Positions 1 through 17,830 of a stretch of DNA of 64,000 nt are shown piece after piece. Both the position numbers and the translations under genes were made by a program. The notes beneath the pieces are model-generated. The model ran no database searches, had not been told where the DNA came from, and was given only the letters and a program-made list of their open reading frames with translations. Positions within the stretch are counted from its first letter, which is position 1; every line of letters starts with the position of its first letter. The stretch is from Octopus vulgaris (Eukaryota), in the NCBI GenBank assembly GCA_951406725.2, contig OX597825.1:6138001-6202000 (forward strand), in the 5' to 3' direction.

Positions 1-177
1 TGGTGCTGCCTCCTGGCTTCCCAGACCCCACTTGAACCGTCCAACCCATGCTAGCATGGAAAACGGACGTTAAACGATGATGATGATGATGTGTATGTAT
101 GTGTGTGGGTCTTCTGAATTTTTGTTTTAAATGCATTGATACATCTTTCTTATAATACCCGTATACTTTTCGTGTAG

Positions 178-7194
<7,017 letters not shown>

Positions 7195-9191
7195 AAACGA
7201 GGGTCACAATGAAAATAATCATCAATTCCTGTTTCACTCATTTATAACAGATACTAGTTACCTTCTGCTTCTTATTGTATACCTTTTTATTGTATATCAT
7301 TATTTTGGATTATATATATGTACTCCACTTTGTTAAAAAGATCTTCATTCTCATATGTTACGGTAGTAAAGTGATAGAAACCGCTAGAAATTCCTTGAGA
7401 CTAAGTCTCCTTACACTGGAAGTGCAAATCTAAAGGTGACCTTGCCATGCTTCCCTCTGGGGTGGTCTATCAATATAACTGTAAAATGTGGGGTACAATC
7501 AATTATATTCTTCATTTCAGTTATCTTGTTACTATGAATGTTCCAGGTTAATTAAGGCAGAGTCAATTAGAAATTATCATTTCCTATTTAAGAAACTTCT
7601 TTCAGTATTCCTTTCACCTCCAATTTATTTCATTTATATATATATGTATGTGTGTGGATGTGTTTGTTTAAAATATATTCTTTTTCTTTTTTTTTTTTTT
7701 TTTTGCCTTAAACCTTTTTGATAACAGTATTCTTGTTTAGACTCGTTTTATTTCTGGTCTTCAACTTTTTCCCCAGCATCATCCTTGATTGTTTTTTGTT
7801 TTTTCCCCCTCAGTTAAAACTGAAATTAGAAATAGATATCTACCTTTTTTTCTCTATAAACATTTCCAAAGACATGAAGAACTGTTGGAGCTTTAATATT
7901 TTTGATGTTACCACTTTATTTCTTGTCCTTCTGCTTATATTTTGCAAGCTGTGTTTTAATTATCCTGAACAATTTGCTTGGTAACGAACATAGTTTATTT
8001 GTTTTAAACAGCTACAAATTATTTCAGTTTAGGGGGTCTATTGATTTATTTATAAAGCCCTGTCGAGATCAAATTTGCTTTTCAACTTTCTGGGTGTTGA
8101 TATTATCATCTGTCCCCTTTTCCATAAAATTGAAGACCTGAGACTTATAAAAAGAAGCTTCAAGTCGGCAGGTTGGGGGGGGTTCCGAAAATTTATTGAG
8201 AGCACACATGCACATACGTACATACATAGAAATTGTCCAATTGTTAGGTGTCCGCTTCTTATTCATACACATTCTTTTTTAATTTGTTAAGTTTATTTAA
8301 AATCATTTTGAAACAAAACAATGAGATTGGTCTACTTACATTTATTGTATTAAGAATATTACAAATTAATTTTTTTTTTTAAATTAACACAAACATAAGT
8401 TAACAAACAGATTCTACTAACAAGGACAGTGGTCTACATGTTAGTAACATATATGCTTATTTCATAGTTCTTTAAATAACGGTAACAGGATACTACATGA
8501 CTAACTCTTTTGATTACTAACCTGTCTGGGACCATGTTTGGTTCTTTGATACAAACTTCCTGTCATAAAGTGATCCGAATTAAAATCTTCCATCAAACTT
8601 GTCTGCTAATTTATGCTCCAAACACCTGCTTAATTACATTACTAAATCCCTCATTATTTTTTAAAAACATTACTAGAAACAAAGGCAATTGTATTTCAAC
8701 TGAAATGTGGTTACGAAAGGGTTAACAGTGTACTTAAATCATTTGACACAAAGTGGAGTACATACATATTCTCTCTAATTCTCCCATTCACAGTCATAAC
8801 TACAGTTTATTTACTTTGAATGTGTGTATGTATGCATATTTGTGTGAGTGGAATTCTTTGTCGTAGTCACGAAAATATATACATTTAAAATGTCAAGATT
8901 TATACATTTTTGGCAGAAGCTAAAAAAACAAAAAAAAATCTCAAAATAAATTTTCAGTGTTTCTCCTGTCATTGCACAACCAACTGAATTGTAAGCATTC
9001 TGTCAACAGAATAGTCTCAAATAAATAATTCTCCACTATTATTAATTTTTTGTTATTGTCTACTCTTTCTGCGTTCTTTGAGGATGGAGTGGGTGTGTAA
9101 AAATATTGTATTTATGTTGTGTTTGTACAGACTTTATATTACATGATATATGAGGCCTTTCCAGGAAGAAACAGTATTTGTATTACTTTAA

Positions 9192-9424
9192 GGCGGTGAG
9201 CTGGCAGAAATGTTAGCACGCCGGGCGAAATGCTTAGCGGTATTTCATCTGCTGCTACGTTGTGAGTTCAAATTCTGCCAAGGTCGACTTTGCCTTTCAT
9301 CCTTTCGGGGTCGATAAATTAAGTACCAGTTATGCACTGGAGTCGATGTAATCAACTTAATACCTATGTCTGTCCTTGTTTGTCCCCTCTATGTTTAGCC
9401 CCTTGTGGGTAATAAAGAAATAAG
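9192..9424 (+). mobile_element. tRNA-derived SINE family B (representative copy)
   Basis: Head GGCGGTGAGCTGGCAGAA...GAGTTCAAATTC with A/B-box-like motifs, core GCCTTTCATCCTTTCGGGGTCGATAAATTAAGTACC and tail AAAGAAATA. Other copies: about 2100-2300, 23130-23360, 47780-48010, 51162-51380 (+); 3135-3520, 28720-28965, 34700-35290, 61400-61735 (-). Confidence 0.8.
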
Positions 9425-9679
9425 TATTTGTTTATAAGAAACAAAGTTATTGTTTTACAGTGGTTGGCGTTAGGAAGGGCATCCAGCTGTAGAAACTCTG
9501 CCAGATCAGATTGGAGCCTGGCGCAGCCATCTGGTTCGCCAGTTCCCAGTCAAATCGTCCAACCCATGCTAGCATGGAAAGCGGACGTTAAACGATGATG
9601 ATGAATTTAATCATGCTACTTCTCTCTCTACTCGTGCTCCTTCCCTCTTTCTTTTTAAATTCCACAATATATTTTCAAG

Positions 9680-9830
9680 AGTTTTCTACCATTCTCATTG
9701 TGGATTTTATCGAGTGTTCTTTATTATCTGACATGCCCAACCTTTCAGAGTGGAGCTCACTTCAGAGATATAAAAAGTCTGTAGGGGCCAAATCCAGAGT
9801 AATGTATGGCTAGGGTACAAATGTCCTCTT
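9680..9830 (-). mobile_element. Degenerate mariner transposase fragment
   Basis: The minus strand encodes LDLAPTDF...STLKG, a decayed form of the mariner YSPDLAP motif region. Confidence 0.55.
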
Positions 9831-10814
9831 ATTCTTTGCCCAAATGTAATGTATAAGCAGGTATGTTCTAGTGCAGCAATCAGATTTTGTTTGCCCAGCC
9901 CCCTGACCTCTTTCACACTACTTCTCTCAATTACCTCAGAACATCTGCTTTTCTGATTGTCTTTGCTTTTGGAAACGGTGATCCCATCTGCTGCAATGAC
10001 TACCATTGCTATGTACCCATGTTTCACCATTTGACCCTTTAGCTTTCAGTCCGTGCCGGTGGCACGTAAAAGGCACCATTCGAGTGAGGTCATTGCCAGT
10101 ACCGCTTGACCGGCCCCGTGCGGGTGGCACGTAAAAAGAACCCACTACACTCTTGGAGTGGTTGGCGTTAGGAAGGGCATCCAGCTGTAGAAACTCTGCC
10201 AGATCAAGATTGGAGCCTGGTGCAGCCCTCAGTCAAAATCGTCCAACCCATGCTAGCATGGAAAGCGGACATTTAACGATGATGATTAATCTGTCAAAAG
10301 TAATGCTTGTTTATTTACAATTGTTTTGTATTAATCATGCATTATCTCATAACCATGGGATTTTGATGATTTATTTATTTTTAAAATGACATTGTAGGGT
10401 AAGTGTGAGAGGCCATATATGGCAAGTTTAAATGCTAAAGGGTTAAGTAGTTTTTTGTTCATCTGTCACCAATTTTGCAACAACACAAGGCATCTTTTTT
10501 TTTCTTTTTTTTTTTTTTTTAATCATAAGGAACTTCTTAGCCAATCTGATGACAATTTTCATTGTCCTAATTTGGGATCACCTTCAGCTGATGTTCTTCC
10601 CAGTTTGAAACAGAATTTCACACGTTGATCTTTCAAAATCTTTCATTTTTCAGCTTGCAACAAATCACTTTTTAAAGTTTTATAAACTATGCATACAGCA
10701 CTAAATATAAAATAAAATAAAATTATTTAGTATATCAATTCATACCAGTACAAATACAAAGAAAACTTGACTTACAGTTCATCAGAATATCTGGAAAAAA
10801 GAACAGAAAAAATA

Positions 10815-11190
10815 ATTTACATTTGACGGAAATTTGTCCTCATCTTGTTTGTTGTTAACACAACATTTCGGCTGATATACCCTCCAGCATTCATCAGGTC
10901 GTCTTGGGGAAATTTCGAACCTGGGTTCTCATCCCTAAGGTATTTTTCTGATGTAGTTGCTATTATTATTATTATTCAGGTCACTGCCTGGAATATTAAC
11001 CACTACGCCATATGCCCACTGGTATAAGGCATAGTGGTTAAGAGCGCGGGCTACTAACCCCAAGATTCGGACTTCAATTCCAGGCAGTAACCTAAATAAT
11101 AATAACATCGAAAAAATACCTTAGGAATGAGAACCCAGGCTCGAAATTTCCCCGTGACACCTGATGAAGGCTGGAGGGTATATCAGAACT
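10815..11190. mobile_element. Inverted pair of tRNA-head/hammerhead-ribozyme units (non-autonomous retroelement-like)
   Basis: Inverted arms span 10872-11186. A central tRNA-like head reads TAGTGGTTAAGAGCGCGGGCTACTAACCC...TTCAATTCC. CTGATGA hammerhead cores are at 10891-10897 (-) and 11161-11167 (+). Confidence 0.7.
10856..10903 (-). ncRNA. Minimal type I hammerhead ribozyme motif (slightly decayed)
   Basis: Minus strand GACGAC-CTGATGA-ATGCTG-gagggtatat-CAGCC-GAAAT-GTT-GTGTT. The sister arm reads GACAC-CTGATGA-AGGCTG, which restores stems I and II. Confidence 0.6.
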
Positions 11191-11399
11191 AATATATATG
11201 TGTGTGTATACATACAGGGTGCAGTGAATAAATTGTTATCTAAATTACACAAAAATGAAAATAATACTAACATCTCATTTTACCAAAACGATTTCCAGAA
11301 GAATGAAATCATGTGATATTGGAATTCCAGTACCCATGACATGATTTCCGTCTTTTACTATACATGTGTGCTTTTATGCACTCAGCACCTAGATATGAG

Positions 11400-11553
11400 A
11401 ATCTCTCAAAGCTAATAATGCAATACTCACAGTTCTGCATTATTAATCTCTAAATTATGCTGCCTTGAAACGCTTGCTCTTTTACACCAAAATGAAACTG
11501 CTTTACTTAATCAATTCTCTGATGTAATCTTTGCTTGTAGGCATAACTTCTAA
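11400..11553 (+). mobile_element. Penelope-like element remnant, C-terminus of the GIY-YIG region
   Basis: 11452-11553 encodes KLCCLETLALLHQNETALLNQFSDVIFACRHNF*, resembling the recalled PLE C-terminal pattern LCxxE...LLNxxS(E/D)xxxxCRH. Confidence 0.55.
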
Positions 11554-11894
11554 TGGACCTTTGCTCATTACATAAAGTCATGATAATTTCTCATTATCTT
11601 AGCTATAAATACCTTTCACCCATCACAGCTTCTTTTTCTAATCCCACTCCTTTATCACAATGTTATTCGGTTCTTCACATCTATTGTTCTTAGTGTTTTA
11701 TCTTATCTGTGAACGACAAATATTCCCCCTGCTATTCTGATCTGACAATATATGCTCGTCCCACATCAGTCATCAACCAAAATCATCACAATTTTGATGC
11801 TTTATGTATGTTTACACACATACAAACATACACACTTATGTGTGTGTGTATATTTATATGTATATGTCAGTGTGCATGCATAACAAAGTGTAAG

Positions 11895-12525
11895 TGTCTT
11901 GAGAGAAAGGTTGGGAATAAGAGGTATCAGATGTGATGTGCATGAGAGGTAGATGTACAGGTATGGTCAGGTGATGCGTATGGATAAGGACAGCTGTGTG
12001 ATGAAACCTGTGGTAGAGGTAGACCCAGGAAGACATGGGATGAGGTGGTGAAGCATGACCTTCAAACTTTGGGCCTCACAGAGACTGACGAGTGACTGAG
12101 ACCTTTGGCGATACGCTGTGCTTGAGAAGACCTGTCAAGCCAAGTGACATCGTAATCGTGGCTGACATTGGTGCCATGTAACAGGCACCCATGCTGGTGG
12201 CACATAAAAAGCACCTTTCGAGCATTGGGCCTCACTGAGACAAAGTGGCTGATGCTGGTGACACACGAAGAGCTCCTTTCAAGTGTTGAGCCTTATTGAG
12301 GCAGTGACTGAGACCTTTAGCATTATGTCGTCCTTGAGAAGAAGACCCATCAAGCCAAGTAAAATTGTAATTGTGGCAGATACTGGTGTTGCACAAATGG
12401 CACCTGTGCCAGTGACACATAAAAGCACCTGTTACACTCTTGGAGTGGTTGGCATTAGGAAGGGCATCCAGCCATAGAAACCTTGCTAAATTAGACTGGA
12501 GTCTGGTGCAGACTTCCAGCTCACC
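11895..12525 (+). mobile_element. RTE-clade LINE 3' end running into the repeat family C sequence (its 3' UTR)
   Basis: Encodes GRGRPRKTWDEVVKHDLQTLGLTE...DLWRYAVLEK. This is followed directly by the GTGCCGGTGGCACGTAAAAAGCACC-type sub-repeats and the GTTAGGAAGGGCATCCAGC module. Confidence 0.75.
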
Positions 12526-12529
12526 TGTA

Positions 12530-12650
12530 TAAATATTTTTTCATTACAGACAAGAGTATTTTGTAAGAGGGGCCTTGCAAGTCTACCAGATAGATGGAAG
12601 AGCATTATAGAAAATGAAGGAGAGTATATTTTAGATTATAAAAAAGCTGC
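12530..12650 (+). mobile_element. Mariner transposase C-terminal remnant
   Basis: Encodes GLASLPDRWKSIIENEGEYILD. A related copy lies on the minus strand at about 20375-20460. Confidence 0.65.
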
Positions 12651-12669
12651 ATTATTTATGTGGAAAGTG

Positions 12670-13030
12670 AAAGTGTGTTGCTTTTTATGTGTGTGGTTTG
12701 TGGGGAGTGTTTGAGTCGTGCAGGCCTGGTGAGCCATCAAAATTCTCAGAAATCGACCCATTTATAAGCAATGATGTGGCTATTAAAATTCACAACAGAA
12801 CTTGTAAAATGTGGGTGTGTCTCTCAGTTTGGAAGTCTAAAAAGACATGTTAAGGGAGTGCATATGGTGGCCCCTGTTTCTCCTGCCAGCCAACACAATT
12901 GTCTACTATGTAATAAAATGGGTAAAAGCTTGGCCGGGCTTAAAAGTCATATAAGGGCATCACATAGCAACAATCATGAATCATTTCAGTGTAAGTCTTC
13001 TCGGCAATGGCTTTTCTCGTGTAACAAGGG
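12670..13030 (+). mobile_element. Decayed LINE (probably RTE) ORF end with C2H2-like fingers
   Basis: CLLCNKMGKSLAGLKSHIRASH and CVVCGECLSRAGLVSH lie in broken frames with no convincing splice sites. Confidence 0.45.
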
Positions 13031-13882
13031 TGCAGCTATGATATGTATATATATACATATTTATATATACCAGGGTAAGCACATAAATGCAAAACAAGGT
13101 GGAAAAAATAGTACTCGAATACCGGAGGTAGAGTAATATGCTGTATTAATAAAGTATATAGTGTGTGTGTGTATTCTTTTCTTTTACTTGTTTCAGTCAT
13201 TTTTGACTGTGGACATGCTGGAGCACTGCCTTTTAGTCAAAGAAATCAACCCCTGGACTTGTTCTTTGTAAGCCTGGTACTGATTCTATCAGGCTCTTTG
13301 CCGATCTGCTAAGTTACAGGGATGTAAACACAGCAACATTGGTTGTGAAACAATGGTGGGGTGACAAACGCACAAATATATATACACTCACACACACACA
13401 CATATATGATGGGCTTCTTTCAGTTTCCGTCTACAAACTCCACTCACAAGGCTTTGGTTGTCCCGCTGCTATAGTAGAAGACACTTGCCCAAGGTGCCTC
13501 ACAGTGGAACTGAACCCTGAATCATGTGGTTGGTAAGCAAGCTTCTTACCACACAGCCACAGTTTGTGTGAATGGATGGAGAGAGGAAAGCTTTGGTGGC
13601 TGGAGGTGATGGAGTGAGAGAGCCAAGAGAGTTTATAAATGATAGGAAAGCTTAGAGCGTGTTTGTGGACGGATGAGTGAATCTGATGTTGCTCAAAAGG
13701 GTACAGAACCAGCATGATGCGGCAGGAGTAAACCAACATATACTATCATGCCCCACTGGTGTTATTGGGGTTGCGTTGTATGCCTTGACCCAAGCATAGA
13801 ACAGGGCTCGTCTCTTTGAGCTGGGAAATGAATGGAATGCCTGGTGCGTGTCTCCTAAAAAAATGGGGAATAGGCCTGGGTG

Positions 13883-13920
<38 letters not shown>

Positions 13921-13959
13921 TACTGGATGTACCTGTGACCCACTGGGTCATAACTACTC

Positions 13960-14270
13960 CAAATTGAAAATGTCAAGGTGTAGCAGCAAAGGTAAAAGTA
14001 CGATTTCAAACTTCATGCAGTAAAATTCTTCAGAAATAGTTCTCCTGCTTTTGGTGTGACAACATAAACTTGACCAAGTGTTTCTCCGTTGAAAATGTTC
14101 AAATAGCCTTCGATTTTTTTTCCTCGCTTTCTTCTTTGCCATTCTTTGTTCCTACTGTTCCAAGTGAAATACAATGGGTATTTCAGCATAAAGTAATGGT
14201 TTCATAAAGTCATCATTGAAGGTTCAAAAAGAGATACCAGCGTCACATTTATTAATCCGTTATAATCAAT
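13960..14270 (-). mobile_element. Helitron Rep/helicase remnant
   Basis: The minus strand gives, with frameshifts, DDFMKPLLYAEIP..FTWNSRNKEWQRRKRG...LGQVYVVTPKAGELF..ILLHEV, the conserved Helitron segment between the Rep and helicase domains. Confidence 0.75.
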
Positions 14271-15006
14271 CTAATAACAGGTAAGATTGTTATGTTAACA
14301 AATATGTTGGATCATATATACAAAGATTAAGCAGGTGAAGGTGACGCCGAAAGAAAATCAGCCTGTCTTTTCATCATGACCATCATGGGATATAGTTCTA
14401 AATATCTATCTATATATATATATATTATTAAATCTGGGCACAGAGATTGTGTCTAAAGCCAGCTGGAGACGATGATCTCCTGGGGCTAAAAAGCTACAGT
14501 AACACCCCCCTTTGTGGTTAGCCATGTTGAGATGGCTATTATACTTAATATATATAAGCAGAATTTAGTCTGTCTGGAATCCCTATATCCCAGCCTACAT
14601 TTGCTCTACATAGACATATTATACCTTTTGGGAGATCAGGATGATCCAAGGATTGAAAATCTGCCCTTTATTTGGTTCTTGAACATTCCGTATTCGGATC
14701 TGATTTAAAAGGATTTGGGTTGCTATTTCTAGCAGGTAAAGCATCCGTGAGGGGTAAAAGAGTTACCTCCCTTAGTTTTAAGTTTTTCTAAAGAATTTTG
14801 TGCGTTTTTTAAAAATCTTTTTCCGTCATTAGACTGGAGCACTGTCTTGGAGAATTTTAATCGAAGAAAATGACACCTATTCATTCTTTTTTATGCTTGG
14901 TAGTTTTTTATTGGCCTCTTTTACTGAATTGCTAAGTTACATGGACATAAGCACAGCAGTAGTTGGGGACAAACAGACACAAAGTCACGTTACATCTATA
15001 CATTTA

Positions 15007-15046
<40 letters not shown>

Positions 15047-15459
15047 AAATAATAATATTTGTATTTTATATAAGCTTAAAGCTTATGGCAATTACTGTGC
15101 AATAACGACTAAGGAAAATTGTCTTATAAAGGGACATATAAAAAAAGAAGGCTTTTGTAGCCACATGGAACTCGAACCCACATCTCTTTGTTAACGTGAC
15201 TAAGTGGGTTACCTTTACGCCAGCCTTCTTTTTCTGTCGAGGGCTTCTATGCCCCGTTATTAGACTATTTTCTTTAGTCATTGCACGGTGATCGCCATAA
15301 GCTTAAAGCTTATATAAAATACCATTATTATTATTTTCAGGACTGTAAAAACGGCCATATAAAAACCATTCTCACTGAAATGTATATATATATATATATC
15401 CACATGTGAATCGTTGGTGATTTTCTTCTCCTGTTTTCCTTTCTATTGAACTTTCCTCT

Positions 15460-15495
15460 GTTCCTGAAGAAGAGTTTTGCTCGAAACGTTAAACC
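15460..15495 (+). ncRNA. Minimal hammerhead ribozyme motif
   Basis: GTTC-CTGAAGA-AGAGT-ttt-GCTC-GAAAC-GTT-AAAC. Same element family as 29576-29610. Confidence 0.55.
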
Positions 15496-16515
15496 ATCTT
15501 TCTTTCCGTCCCTGAATGTCTGCTTATACCACATCCTCACTTTTTTTGTGCTTGTTCTTCTGGATGCCCTTCCTAATGCCAACCACTCCAAGAGTGTCAT
15601 GTGTCACTGGCGCCATTTGTGTAACACCAGTATCTGCCACAATTACAATTTTACTTGGCTTGATGGGTCTTCTTCTCAAGGATGACATATATATATATCT
15701 TTTATTCAAATTTTAAAAGAACTCAAAAAATTTGTTAAGTTACAAGTTTTTCATTTAAACTGAATTTAAAGTCATACCATATTGGTGGGGGTTATACCAT
15801 ATTGGTAAGGTACCAATAAATGCTTTATTATTATTGCTCTCTTTGGTTTTGGGCTGCAGGCCCAGTCAGATTCTGCAGGAGCTAGCTTAAAAGTCAGCAT
15901 GGAGTGAGGCTTTTAAGCTTAGTAACTAATATGAGGGATTTTAAATAACATACCAAGATAAGAAATAGGATGTCATGCCATTGGTGAGGCATAAAATAAA
16001 GGATATAAGCAGATAATTAGTCACATAAACAGTAAGATAAACAGTGACATTGTGTTTTTTAGGATCACTAGGGTAGATTGGCCAGGAGATAAAGTTTAGA
16101 GCAAAGAATTTGAAAGTAAAGATAAGCATTCAGATTTAGCTGGAACAATAACGACAAAGATATTCTCAGAATCTCTTGTCCTTGAACAATCAGATTATTC
16201 TGTCAAAGGTAAAGCTTATTTATTTTCATTGTTTTGAAATTAATCATGTATTATCTTATAACTTTGGGATTTTGATGACATGATTGTTTATCTTTGATAT
16301 GACAATGCAGAGCAGGCATGAGATACCAGATCTGGTCTCTTAAAACAGGTAGAATATGTTGGTCAGATGTGGCTGGTTTAAGTGCCGAAGGGTTAAAAGG
16401 GAACAGAGGTAAGCCTAGAGGAACATGAAAGAAATATAAAGGAGGGGGAGAAGGGGAGAGAGAAAGAAAAGGATTGTGACTGATAGAAAGACAGAAATAA
16501 GGATACCAGGTTTAA

Positions 16516-16736
16516 CCCTTTTGATAACAATCCAGCTGAAACCGGCTCTGGCTCTGTAGTACAAGTGTCTTGTTTTCAAAAGTTCTTCATTAAAATCTTC
16601 CACCAAACCTTAGTCACAATTTATGTTCCTAACACTAGCTTAATGATAACTAAGTTATTTTACTAAATTCTTTGTTAAATTTAAAGTAATTGAAAGAAAT
16701 GCAGAGAATCTCAACAGAAATACAGTAAGGAAGGGG
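16516..16736. mobile_element. piggyBac-type MITE (family 2)
   Basis: TTAA|CCCTTTTG...GAAGGGG|TTAA. Related copies lie near 1523-1740, 8490-8725 and 61118-61260. Confidence 0.7.
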
Positions 16737-17469
16737 TTAAGGTGTATAAAATCAGAAAACAATACTGGGAAAAAGGGAAAATGACAAAGTACAAAGGGAA
16801 AATGATGTACGGAATTAAAAGCAGAAAAGGTATTGAAAAAAGACGCAGAAACTAGTTGAAGAAGAGATTCATAGAAAATGAAGCAGACAGATTGGAAGAA
16901 CCTATGGAGTGGCTGTATGACACATTCCAGGTACCAACACTGTTACAGGTGGTTGAACCCACATGTACAAGTGGAAGAATATGGAAGAACACAGAGTTCC
17001 TACAAATAGACTCCAAAAAGAAAATTTATTAAGTTGAAAAAAAAAATGATAAAAAGGGAGGAAGGGTGAATAAAGTAAAAAAACAATTACTTGCTTCCTC
17101 CCCACCTCCCCCAAAAAACTAAATGGGGAGATGCTGTAGTGAAAATGGTATGATCCTCCCCATGTGATAAAGTGGTATCATCATCGTTTAGCGTCCGATG
17201 ATGATGATGATACCACTTTATCACATGGGGAGGATCATACCATTTTCACTACAACATATATATTTCTTAAAGGCAAACCGGCAGCCAAGTCCACAGGACC
17301 GTTTACAAATGGTGACCCCGATGTGATCCCCCAGAAGATGTGGCACACAACTGAGCCCAAGCAGCCGAAAAATGATTGCTATCTAACACGACATCATTTC
17401 TAATATATCTCTCAAACAGTGAGAATATCACCAAGCTATGCTACAAACTGAAGGACTGCTGCAATGAGT

Positions 17470-17830
17470 ATCCTTAAATCCTTAAAAATGTTTTAGCCCA
17501 AAGGCCGCGGCCATGCTGGGGCACCACCGCTGAATGAGCTACACTAATATGTGAATCCACCTCTGATACGTGGCACTTGATCAACAAGGGAGTTCGATGC
17601 CGCTGCCCGCATCTGTGTCTCCTGTCGTGAGGTAGGTTCATCTGGGACCCCCGACAAGAAGAGATCCAGTTTAGTTTTAAAGAAACCCACATCCACACCA
17701 TGTAAGTCTCTCAGGCATTTAGGGAGGATGTGAATTTCAGAGGGGAATATGCTGAATAAAATCATAATCAACTGATTCTTCTGTATTTTATTTCACCCAA
17801 AGCCAGGTACTTTTCAGTGTCCCTTCATAT
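17470..17830 (-). mobile_element. CR1/L2-like LINE 3' end
   Basis: Encodes ILPKCLRDLHGVDVGFFKTKLDLFLSGVPDEPT...SNSLVDQ, homologous to the end of the 25229-26100 ORF, followed by a short 3' UTR and (TTAAGGAT)-type tail. A related fragment lies at about 43190-43400. Confidence 0.75.

Noticed and set aside
10776-10790. Possible 15-nt minus-strand micro-exon (TTTTTTCCAG...GTAAGT), with a further acceptor near 10700
   Set aside because: No coding partner exons were found, and the adjacent segment resembles a mariner N-terminal relic (VKFCFKLGRTSAE). It cannot be supported without RNA data.
12771-13136. C2H2 zinc-finger host gene
   Set aside because: Fingers are degenerate and in broken frames, without canonical linkers or splice sites. 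A LINE ORF end explains it better.
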